Source: a virus
Direction: 5' to 3' (one strand)
DNA length: 55,660 bases
Virus record (IMG/VR): IMGVR_UViG_3300028794_000001
Location: 1-55,660 of that record
Below are positions 23,512 through 30,415 of the stretch, piece by piece (the stretch's first letter is position 1; every line of letters starts with the position of its first letter). A program made the translations under genes and the position numbers. Below the pieces are notes generated by a model. The model was not told the origin of the DNA and did no database searches. It worked only from the letters and a program-made list of their open reading frames with translations.

Positions 23512-24011
23512 GGCTCTACGTCGCCAGCGCTTTCGTAAACAAGTTCGAAGTTCAAAAGGTCCAAAAGGCGCTGCGCAAGGACAGGCACACGATCACCCAC
23601 GACTGGACGAAAGAGAGCGCCGATCACTTGGAAGCCGGTTCGAAGGAATTCTTCGAGTACCTCTACAAGTGCGGCGACGCGGATTTCTTCGGCGTGCTGA
23701 ACGCCGATGCGCTGGTCGTCGTCGCGCATCCAGCTATGAGCGACACCAAAGCAGAGCTGGGGATCGCCCTCGGCGCCGGAATCCCGGTCTACGTGCTCTG
23801 GCCGGAGCGCCGTCAATGCGTCTTCTACGGACGCACGACGCGCTACACCGGCGAGCGCGCGCTGACCAATGTCAGGCGTTCGCTGAAGGTTAGGGAACGA
23901 CAACTGCACATCGGATGGTGCGGCAAACCGGACTATGCCGTACATATGCCTGCGGTTTTCAAGGCTACCGGGAACCGCCCGCCCTTCATCACGGCCGGGA
24001 ATCGGAAGTGA
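23508..24011 (+). CDS. Nucleoside 2-deoxyribosyltransferase-like protein
   Basis: I moved the start to GTG 23508 (GTGA overlap). RLYVASAF..., DADFFGVLNADALVVVAHP..SDTKAELGIALGAGIPVYVL resembles the NDT/Rcl fold pattern. Recalled from memory, not searched. Confidence 0.5.
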   Translation: MRLYVASAFVNKFEVQKVQKALRKDRHTITHDWTKESADHLEAGSKEFFEYLYKCGDADFFGVLNADALVVVAHPAMSDTKAELGIALGAGIPVYVLWPERRQCVFYGRTTRYTGERALTNVRRSLKVRERQLHIGWCGKPDYAVHMPAVFKATGNRPPFITAGNRK

Positions 24012-24310
24012 ACGATCCGATCGGTTCGAATTACGAGCGCGACTGGGGGCAATGCGCGCAGTGCGGTTCGCGTCGACCTGTAAGTAAACTGCAACCGGTT
24101 GCAGTCGACTTTCCAGATGGTCAACAGGCGTGCGCCGATAACTGGTGTGAAAGGTTAAGGGTTCAAAAATGCGTCTCTTCATCGATCCCGGCGCGAACGA
24201 CTTCGGGGCTGCGGTCTTCACCGAAACAGGGGGCGTCTATCGAGCGACGCTCGTTCGGAACGAAGTCGGCCCCGAAGCGTCGGCGCTCGCGCGCGGTGCC
24301 GGCGCGCTGA
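24008..24310 (+). CDS. Possible zinc-ribbon protein; 3-prime end uncertain
   Basis: GTG 24008 overlaps TGA 24009-24011. Product: VNDPIGSNYERDWGQCAQCGS...ACADNWCERL. The frame runs 140 nt into the RuvC-like gene, where the other frame looks coding. Confidence 0.3.
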   Translation: MNDPIGSNYERDWGQCAQCGSRRPVSKLQPVAVDFPDGQQACADNWCERLRVQKCVSSSIPARTTSGLRSSPKQGASIERRSFGTKSAPKRRRSRAVPAR

Positions 24311-24714
24311 ACGGCGTTCTGAACTGGCTGCGGAAGGTAGAGGTTCCCCTTCCGTCGATCATCTCGACGCTCGTGGAAATGCCCTTCGTCTACCCGGGGA
24401 AGAAGACCAAGAACCCGAATAGCGTGATGCTCACCGCGGCCATCGCGGGGGCGTTTGCAGCATTCGGGCTCGACAACCGCAAGGTGACCTCCGTCCTCCC
24501 GCGGGATTGGAAGGGAGGGATGGACGGAGAGGTGTTCATCAGGAAGGTGGTCCAGCCGTCCTGCGAGGACGGCGAGCGTTTGAAGATCGAGCACTGGACT
24601 GCCGCGTTTCCGGCCAGCTACCGGCACAACATCTGGGACGCTGTAGGGCTCGGGTTGTGGCAATTCAAGCGTCTCAAATCCGGGCGTGTTTTCCACGGAG
24701 CTGTTGACGGGTAG
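24169..24714 (+). CDS. RuvC-like Holliday junction resolvase
   Basis: MRLFIDPGANDFGAAVF (Asp), LVEMPFVYPG (Glu), HNIWDAVGLGLW (Asp). Confidence 0.75.
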   Translation: MRLFIDPGANDFGAAVFTETGGVYRATLVRNEVGPEASALARGAGALNGVLNWLRKVEVPLPSIISTLVEMPFVYPGKKTKNPNSVMLTAAIAGAFAAFGLDNRKVTSVLPRDWKGGMDGEVFIRKVVQPSCEDGERLKIEHWTAAFPASYRHNIWDAVGLGLWQFKRLKSGRVFHGAVDG

Positions 24715-24737
24715 CCAGCGACAGTTTTACTGTCAAG
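24704..24737 (+). promoter_or_regulatory. Class I motif: TTGACG-N18-TACTGT within TTTTACTGTCAAG
   Basis: TACTGT ends 6 nt before ATG 24740, which fits a leaderless transcript. Confidence 0.5.
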
Positions 24738-24739
24738 GC

Positions 24740-24979
24740 ATGAAGACCAAGAGCCAAAAGGAGAAACTCACGGAGGCGCTCGAAACGCTTCGCGCGACGC
24801 TTCGGGTGAATGCCCCGAAGCAGTGGACCGCGAAGCAACTTGCCAAGCGGCTGCGCTGCACCCGTGCGACGATCTACAACCGTCTCGAGGCGCTGCACGA
24901 CACGGGGTTCAAGCTGAAATGGGGTGAGAAGCGCGATGGTGCGCGCGGGCCTCTCAGTGCGACGGTCACCGCAGGCTGA
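24740..24979 (+). CDS. Winged-helix DNA-binding protein (79 aa)
   Basis: I moved the start to ATG 24740. WTAKQLAKRLRCTRATIYNRLEALHDTGFKL looks like an HTH_11-type motif. Confidence 0.6.
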   Translation: MKTKSQKEKLTEALETLRATLRVNAPKQWTAKQLAKRLRCTRATIYNRLEALHDTGFKLKWGEKRDGARGPLSATVTAG

Positions 24980-25187
24980 GTTCCAGCGGGTCCCAGATCT
25001 TGCTCGCCATCGCCGCGTCGGCCAACCGCAGCGCCTTCGTTTCAGCAAGCTCCAGGTCGGCGCGCAACGCATCGAACCGGCGCAGGGTGTCTGCAGTCGC
25101 GCGGGTCGAGAAGAGCGCGTGGAGGGCGTCGCGAAGCTCGAACACCTTCGCCTGTGCTGCTTTGGCTTCTGCGTTGATCTCGTTCAT
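24966..25187 (-). CDS. Coiled-coil small protein (73 aa), antisense to the surrounding block
   Basis: I moved the start to ATG 25187 (MNEINAEAKAAQAKVFELRDAL...). It converges on 24740..24979 and overlaps it by 14 bp. Confidence 0.5.
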   Translation of the reverse strand: MNEINAEAKAAQAKVFELRDALHALFSTRATADTLRRFDALRADLELAETKALRLADAAMASKIWDPLELSLR

Positions 25188-25200
25188 GCCCTCTTCTATA

Positions 25201-25215
25201 GCAAAGCCTAGGCCG
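25201..25215 (-). promoter_or_regulatory. Sigma54-type -24/-12 element CGGCCT-AGGCT-TTGC(T)
   Basis: GG-N10-GC register. TTGCTATAGAAGAGGGC-ATG 25187 parallels copies a and c. Confidence 0.5.
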
Positions 25216-25267
25216 TCGTTCAAATCCGCTGAACAATTACCGTGTGAACGCGACACCCACCTAAAGA

Positions 25268-25299
25268 TGGACTGGACTGGACTGGACGCGCGCACTCCA
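25268..25299. promoter_or_regulatory. Class II upstream element, copy b (four TGGAC pentamers + GCGCGCACTCCA)
   Basis: TGGACTGGACTGGACTGGACGCGCGCACTCCA. The identical 17-mer is at 25283-25299. Confidence 0.6.
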
Positions 25300-25335
25300 T
25301 CTGTCCTGATTCAGGACGAAGCGCAGGGGCGCCAG

Positions 25336-25599
25336 ATGAACGAAAGCAAGCAGATGGTCGACGGCACGCCGAGTGCTCGTCTCGCGGACATGAATCCATT
25401 GGTTCGAGCAGCACGCGTGCAGCATCTTCAGGCAGACATGGCGCTTCAGCTTGCGATCCGCAAGGGGCACATCGATGAGGTCGCGCTGCTCGCCCAGCAC
25501 AAAACCGAGTGCATCGATCAGCTGATCGAGATCATGAACGCCGTCGAGCCCGGGTGCTTCGATCTTCCGGAGATGTTCGAGATCGTGGAGGTTCCGTGA
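25336..25599 (+). CDS. Hypothetical protein (87 aa)
   Basis: I moved the start to ATG 25336 (MNESKQMVDGTPSARL...). The stop overlaps GTG 25596. Confidence 0.55.
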   Translation: MNESKQMVDGTPSARLADMNPLVRAARVQHLQADMALQLAIRKGHIDEVALLAQHKTECIDQLIEIMNAVEPGCFDLPEMFEIVEVP

Positions 25600-26303
25600 T
25601 CATCGGGATCGTAGGCAAGAGCGGGAGCGGCAAGGACACAGCGGCGGGCTTCGTACCGGGTGCCAAACGCTTCAGCTTCGCGGACCCGCTGAAGAAGTTC
25701 GCGGGCGAGGTCTTCGACTGGAGCGAGGAGACGCTTTACGGATCCAGTGAGCTGCGCAACGTGCCGGACAAGCGCTATCCGCGCGGACCTTGCACGGCTT
25801 GCTTCGGCGGGCCGCACAGTTACGCCTACGGCCCCTCCGGGAAGTGCAGCCGCTGCGAAGGCGCGGGCATCGAGTACCTCACCCCCCGCTATGCGCTGCA
25901 GACCCTCGGCACCGAGTGGGGGCGCAGCTGCTTCGCGGACACGTGGGCGGTCCTCGGGGTTCGCAAGGCAAAGGAGTGGCGTGAGCAAGTTACGCACGAG
26001 TACGGCTGCCCGCGCGATGGCGAGTGGGTCGAATGGGCTTGCGATCACAGGTGCCCTTCAATTGCGGTTTTCTCGGATTGTCGCTTCGTCAACGAGGCGA
26101 CGGCGATCAGGGCCGCGGGCGGGGTCGTTTGGCGGATCGTTCGTCCGGGCGTTGGTGCAGCGAGTAGCCACCCGTCTGAAACGGAACAGGATTCACCGGA
26201 GATGGAGCGGCTGATCGATTGGACCGTCAAAAATACAGGGTCGCTCGATGTTTTGAAGAGTCGCGTGCTCGAAGCATTCGCAGCCTGTAGGATGACCCCG
26301 TGA
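25596..26303 (+). CDS. Deoxynucleoside monophosphate kinase with Zn-finger insertion
   Basis: I moved the start to GTG 25596. P-loop IIGIVGKSGSGKDT, FADPLKKFA, YALQTLGTEWGR, VFSDCRFVNE. Insertion: CTACFGG...CSRCEGAG. Confidence 0.8.
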   Translation: MIIGIVGKSGSGKDTAAGFVPGAKRFSFADPLKKFAGEVFDWSEETLYGSSELRNVPDKRYPRGPCTACFGGPHSYAYGPSGKCSRCEGAGIEYLTPRYALQTLGTEWGRSCFADTWAVLGVRKAKEWREQVTHEYGCPRDGEWVEWACDHRCPSIAVFSDCRFVNEATAIRAAGGVVWRIVRPGVGAASSHPSETEQDSPEMERLIDWTVKNTGSLDVLKSRVLEAFAACRMTP

Positions 26304-26584
26304 GGCTCAGCGTTGAACGAAACGGTCACGATTTAGAGTATTCTCCGAAATGTACGCATTTGCGATGTACTTCCTGCAATTCTACTTTCCCTCTCTTTCA
26401 AACAGAATTCGCTCGCTGCCCGAACGCTACCCGTCCGGGAATCGCGCCGGTCGCGCGCAAGTCAGCACCGCGCTGCGTTCAGTGCTCGGTCGAGCTTTGC
26501 CCGGGACTCGATGACTACCATGGCCGAGACCTGCGACTCGTCGGCAAGTGCTCCCGCTGTCAGCGGAAGATCGTCAAGGGGTGA
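26300..26584 (+). CDS. Cys-rich hypothetical protein (94 aa)
   Basis: GTG 26300 overlaps TGA 26301-26303. Several CxxC pairs. A locally AT-richer stretch lies at about 26330-26410. Confidence 0.45.
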   Translation: MRLSVERNGHDLEYSPKCTHLRCTSCNSTFPLFQTEFARCPNATRPGIAPVARKSAPRCVQCSVELCPGLDDYHGRDLRLVGKCSRCQRKIVKG

Positions 26585-27203
26585 CTTTGCAGTCCTCAAC
26601 ATCGACGGCCGCGGCGTTCCAGTCCGTGTGCCCGCTCACTTCGCGGATTGCGCGGCGAAGCCCTCGCTTCCCCCAACGGCAGTGACCGCGGTGCCCTTCA
26701 AACACGTAGTCGATGGCGTGCCCCATCTCGTGCATGAGGGTGCTGGAAACCAGGTCTGCTGAAGGGGCGATCTCGAGCGCCTTCGTTTCTAGGTGTGCGT
26801 AGCCCCCGGCACAGAAGGGCTCGCCGTTCTCGAACCTGAACAGCACCCATCCGTTTCCGGTGCAAAGGGCTCGATCCTGGCCAGTGTAGAAGGGATGAAC
26901 GTGAACGCCCCAATCCTTCAGCGCCCGACACATTGCAGGGGCTTTCCAGCCCTTCACGCGTCGCGCGTAGCCTGCCAGTGCGCGATCTTCTACCTCCTGA
27001 AGCTCGGCGCAAGCGAAGTCCGTTGATCGCATGCCGCACCGGGTGATGCATTCAGGGACAGGCGGCGGTGCGACCCAGACCACCTCGAATGCCTGAGGTA
27101 AGGGCGGCTGCGCCGGGGTAGCGCACGCCGAGCAGCCTAGTGCCCACCATCCGAGCGCGAAGCCCGCTACCAGCCATCCGACGCGCTGTGCTCCGGGCGA
27201 CAT
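26574..27203 (-). CDS. Lipoprotein zinc metalloprotease (HExxH)
   Basis: Signal peptide with lipobox (WWALGCSAC), a HEMGH motif and six or more further Cys. ATG 27203 lies 1 nt after the upstream stop. Confidence 0.7.
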   Translation of the reverse strand: MSPGAQRVGWLVAGFALGWWALGCSACATPAQPPLPQAFEVVWVAPPPVPECITRCGMRSTDFACAELQEVEDRALAGYARRVKGWKAPAMCRALKDWGVHVHPFYTGQDRALCTGNGWVLFRFENGEPFCAGGYAHLETKALEIAPSADLVSSTLMHEMGHAIDYVFEGHRGHCRWGKRGLRRAIREVSGHTDWNAAAVDVEDCKVTP

Positions 27204-27204
27204 G

Positions 27205-28455
27205 TCAACGCACGAGGATCCCGCGCGAGCGATCCGGCCCGACCTTCTGCAGGCGCTCGACTTCGAAGTAGCTGCGGAAGGTGACGGAGAAGTCTCTCAT
27301 CGTCCCGTCTTCCGTCAAGCCCCACTGAAGCAGGGTCCCTCCGATGGAGGGGGCGCCGCCCAGCGACTTCGAAAACGCTGATCCGCCGCCCTGGAAGGTG
27401 CCACAAGCCATCGCGTTCACGCCGCGGACCTCGAGCAGCACGCGCGTGTGCCAGTGCCCCGCGAGCAGGATTTGCGGCTTCTCGCCGGGGGCGTACTTCT
27501 CGATTTGCTTCTGAAGCGCGTAGCTCAGCGCGTAGCTCGTGCCGCTGCGCGGGTGCCAGAGGTGAATCTTCGCCCCGAGGATGTCCAGGAAAGCGCCCCG
27601 GTCGCCGTAGAACCGGATGTCATCGCGCCCGCGCTTCGCGAAGTAGCCTTCGATGTAAGCGCCGACGTTGACGCCGCTTTTCTCGGTAAACGTGAAGTCA
27701 TGATTACCGGTGATCGCGTGGTAGCGCAGGCCCTTCTTTTTCGGAAGCACCTCAAACAGATCGCGCGTCTGGTCTTCGAGCCCCATGTGCGACATCTCGA
27801 ATTTGCCATGGCTGTAGTCGCCATCGGTCACGTCGCCGGGGTGAAGCACGTTGCGAACGCCTTGCGCGTACGCCCATTCGATGAAGTCGACGAGTTGCGC
27901 GCGCAGGCAGTATTTGGATCCTAGGTGCGTGTCGGAGATCACCGCCACCCGTTGAACGTCGCCGACGACCGGTGCGATCCCGGTTTGGTGGGTTCGCTCT
28001 TCGATGGTGCTCAAATCGAGCCCGACGTGGTCCCCGTTTACCTGGATGCGCATGCCCTGGCGTCGTGCGCCCTCGATCAGCCCGCGCAGCTTCGCCGGAG
28101 GGACGTCGAGCTTGTCGCAAAGCTGCTCGAAAGGCAGGGGAGACTTGCGCGTCAGGTCAACCAGGCGTTGCAGAAGCGCACCAGGGTCGCCTTCCCCCTT
28201 CGCATGCCTCCCATCCGGGACCTTCTCGCCCTGCGCGCGGCGGGCGCGCCGCTCGCGCACCTGCTTGGCTTTCTCGTTGTCGCAGACGCGACACCAATGG
28301 TTAAGTCCATCGTCACGCGTCTTGTCCCCGGAGAACGCTCCGAGCGCTTGGGGCTTGCCCTTCATCGGACAGGCCCGATTCGCGCAGATTTTGGTGAACC
28401 CGTTGACTTTGGTGCGGCGGGGAGTGGAGAGATCCGAGCTAAGACGACCTGGCAT
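27205..28455 (-). CDS. Zn-ribbon + winged-helix + calcineurin-like metallophosphoesterase
   Basis: CANRACP...WCRVCDN; FEQLCDKLDVPPAKLRGLIEGARRQGMRI; phosphoesterase motifs VISDTHLG, HPGDVTDG, ITGNHDF, HLWH, LAGHWH. Confidence 0.8.
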   Translation of the reverse strand: MPGRLSSDLSTPRRTKVNGFTKICANRACPMKGKPQALGAFSGDKTRDDGLNHWCRVCDNEKAKQVRERRARRAQGEKVPDGRHAKGEGDPGALLQRLVDLTRKSPLPFEQLCDKLDVPPAKLRGLIEGARRQGMRIQVNGDHVGLDLSTIEERTHQTGIAPVVGDVQRVAVISDTHLGSKYCLRAQLVDFIEWAYAQGVRNVLHPGDVTDGDYSHGKFEMSHMGLEDQTRDLFEVLPKKKGLRYHAITGNHDFTFTEKSGVNVGAYIEGYFAKRGRDDIRFYGDRGAFLDILGAKIHLWHPRSGTSYALSYALQKQIEKYAPGEKPQILLAGHWHTRVLLEVRGVNAMACGTFQGGGSAFSKSLGGAPSIGGTLLQWGLTEDGTMRDFSVTFRSYFEVERLQKVGPDRSRGILVR

Positions 28456-28480
28456 TTTTCACCTAGATGAGACGAGCCTT

Positions 28481-28514
28481 TAAACAGTAAAACGACGGGC
28501 TCGACGGGTGTCAA
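28481..28514 (-). promoter_or_regulatory. Class I motif: TTGACA-N19-TACTGT within TTTTACTGTTTA
   Basis: Read on the minus strand in the 63-bp gap upstream of ATG 28455 (28 nt from the motif). Confidence 0.5.
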
Positions 28515-28518
28515 TGCG

Positions 28519-28746
28519 CTAGAACGAGAGCTTTACACCAGCACCGGCCGACCATCCCAGTTTAGAGGAAACCTGGGCGAAACCGAAGCCGGCCAGCTCG
28601 GGGAGGAAGCGGTACTCAGCCTCGACTCTCCCAACAACGCCGGTGTCTTCGGACGCGAACACCAGCGCGGACAGGGTCCCTGTCCGCACCGGGACGTCCG
28701 AAAGCACCTTGTCAAGCCCCGTTCGTAAAGGTGCGAACGGATCCAA
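28519..28746 (-). CDS. Small protein with an outer-membrane beta-barrel-like C-terminus
   Basis: TTG start. Ends ...GFGFAQVSSKLGWSAGAGVKLSF (alternating hydrophobic residues and a terminal Phe). No signal peptide. Confidence 0.4.
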   Translation of the reverse strand: MDPFAPLRTGLDKVLSDVPVRTGTLSALVFASEDTGVVGRVEAEYRFLPELAGFGFAQVSSKLGWSAGAGVKLSF

Positions 28747-28751
28747 CGGGG

Positions 28752-29354
28752 CTACTTGGGGGACGCGGCGGCGGTTGCAGCGGCCTTCGCGGCTGCCGTG
28801 GCAACCACCTTGCCGAGCACGAAGTCGAGCATCGGACCGAAGGCGTCCTTCAGGGCCTCGAGGCCGTGGGCGGCGAGGGCCTTCTTAAGCGCGACGACCG
28901 CGTCCGCCTTCAGATCGGCCAGCTCCTCAGCATCGATCTTCCCATCTGCGGCGTCGGCTTCGATCTCACCCTTCAGCTCCCCGTAGACGTCGGCCCAGAC
29001 AGCCTCAGCGAAGTGCGGAAGGGCCGCAAGCGCCTTGGCCAGCTTGGATTCCCCCGCCTTCTCATCGGCCCAGCTGGAGAGCTTCCTCAGCGCCAGGGTC
29101 GCGACTACGCCGACCGCGGCGAGCACCGTCCCGAGGACCGCCTTGGCAAGCTCCTGCCAAAAGGGCACCGGCGCGGGAGCGGGCTCTTCAGCCTGCGCCA
29201 GGTAGGCAGAAGGCTGGTCGCCGAAGGTGATGACGTTGGACGTCGGGGATGCGAGGGAGGCGGCGCGCTCCGGCGCGCGCAGCTCAAACGTGTTCGGGCC
29301 GGCAAGCGCCGGTACAGCGAGCATCGAAAGCAAAGCGAGAAGTCGAGTCATCAT
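28752..29354 (-). CDS. Exported/membrane helical protein (possible holin-type)
   Basis: Signal peptide MMTRLLALLSMLAVPALAG, an internal TM segment AVLGTVLAAVGVVATLAL, then a helical D/E/K/A-rich region. Confidence 0.55.
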   Translation of the reverse strand: MMTRLLALLSMLAVPALAGPNTFELRAPERAASLASPTSNVITFGDQPSAYLAQAEEPAPAPVPFWQELAKAVLGTVLAAVGVVATLALRKLSSWADEKAGESKLAKALAALPHFAEAVWADVYGELKGEIEADAADGKIDAEELADLKADAVVALKKALAAHGLEALKDAFGPMLDFVLGKVVATAAAKAAATAAASPK

Positions 29355-29384
29355 GTGTGCAGCTCCTTTGGAACCGCGAACCTA

Positions 29385-29969
29385 TCAAGACGGGGTAGAG
29401 GCGTACAACTCAGACCAGGCAGTCTGAACCTGTGCCTTTACAGAAAGTTTTTGGGATCGTGCACGAAGTACAGGGGCACGAAGTATTTCCAGCTCCCGTC
29501 CTGTCACGAAGCCTGGCAACTGAAAATGGGGGCGGTCCTTGCGCGCCCAGCTCCCGCCCCACACGAGATCGTGCCGCTGGCACACATCCCCGAGCAGATC
29601 GTACGCGACGTTGCCCCATTCGGGCTGGAGTCCTGCGCGTGTCATGTCGGCGTCGGCACAGACATCGAAGGCGATCCCGAAGTTGTGCGCGGAGTACCCG
29701 CCGCGCGCGTCGGTGACGATCCGCAGCTGCTGGCCGGCGGCGTCGTAGACGCGGGTGCGCCCCTGCGCGAAGAGAGCGTCTTGCGCCTCCCAACTCCGGA
29801 ATCCGCCGCCGCTGTTCGGCCCGTTGAAGTCGGCGACGACGTAGTAGTTGCGCCCGTAGCGCTGGCATTCCGCGAGTACCGCAAGCGCGCGCTCAAGGAA
29901 CGGTGGGAAGACCAGGTCCAAATCGACCCTGAACTTCCCGGTAGCGTATTGGAGCAAGTCGACCGGCAC
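29385..29969 (-). CDS. Endolysin, peptidase M15 (VanY / L-Ala-D-Glu peptidase type)
   Basis: FRSWEAQDALF, YSAHNFGIAFDV (SxHxxGxAxD), WGGSW...DRPHF. Confidence 0.85.
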   Translation of the reverse strand: MPVDLLQYATGKFRVDLDLVFPPFLERALAVLAECQRYGRNYYVVADFNGPNSGGGFRSWEAQDALFAQGRTRVYDAAGQQLRIVTDARGGYSAHNFGIAFDVCADADMTRAGLQPEWGNVAYDLLGDVCQRHDLVWGGSWARKDRPHFQLPGFVTGRELEILRAPVLRARSQKLSVKAQVQTAWSELYASTPS

Positions 29970-29972
29970 GGC

Positions 29973-30101
29973 TTAGCGCCCCCGCCAAATTCGCCAAAGG
30001 ACCGCGGGCCACCCGTACCACGGGACGCGCACAATGAATACGGAGCCGCCACCCGGTCCGCGCTTGACGTCAACAAGCTTCAAATACCGGGGCAGTCGCA
30101 C
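29973..30101 (-). CDS. Possible small ORF (42 aa) between the membrane protein and the endolysin
   Basis: GTG 30101 overlaps TAG by 1 nt. Product: VRLPRYLKLVDVKRGPGGGSVFIVRVPWYGWPAVLWRIWRGR. Support is weak. Confidence 0.25.
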   Translation of the reverse strand: MRLPRYLKLVDVKRGPGGGSVFIVRVPWYGWPAVLWRIWRGR

Positions 30102-30412
30102 TAGCGCCCCCGCTGCTTAAGGTCCTTCACGTTTTGGCTGATTTCGCCGACCTTTTCGACGACGTACTGAAGCGCCTGCTTCGTCGCCTGCGAGTCCAGC
30201 CGCAGCGCCTCCGCCTCGCGTCGGGAGCGCTCTTCGCGCGCCTCTGCGCGGTCGCGGTCCGTGTCGCGGTCCCGCTCGAGCTTCGCGATCTTCTCACGCT
30301 GCTCTGCGGCTTCTGCGCGAGTAGTCCCGTACCCAATCGCGACCGGGACCGCCGCCACGAAGAACGAAACCACGATGTGCAAAGGAAGCTTCGACTTGGT
30401 GATGTCGGCCAT
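30101..30412 (-). CDS. N-terminally anchored coiled-coil membrane protein (holin or i-spanin-like)
   Basis: TM segment HIVVSFFVAAVPVAIGYG, then a charged helix EQREKIAKLERDRDTDRDRAEAREERSRREAE. Confidence 0.55.
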   Translation of the reverse strand: MADITKSKLPLHIVVSFFVAAVPVAIGYGTTRAEAAEQREKIAKLERDRDTDRDRAEAREERSRREAEALRLDSQATKQALQYVVEKVGEISQNVKDLKQRGR

Positions 30413-30415
30413 AGA

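Noticed and set aside
24170-24310. The 3-prime 140 nt of ORF 24008..24310 as genuine coding sequence.
   Set aside because: It overlaps the RuvC-like gene, whose frame carries the catalytic motifs. The tail (SSSIPARTTSGLRSSPKQ...RRRSRAVPAR) looks like out-of-frame sequence. The true end of the small zinc-ribbon ORF is unresolved.
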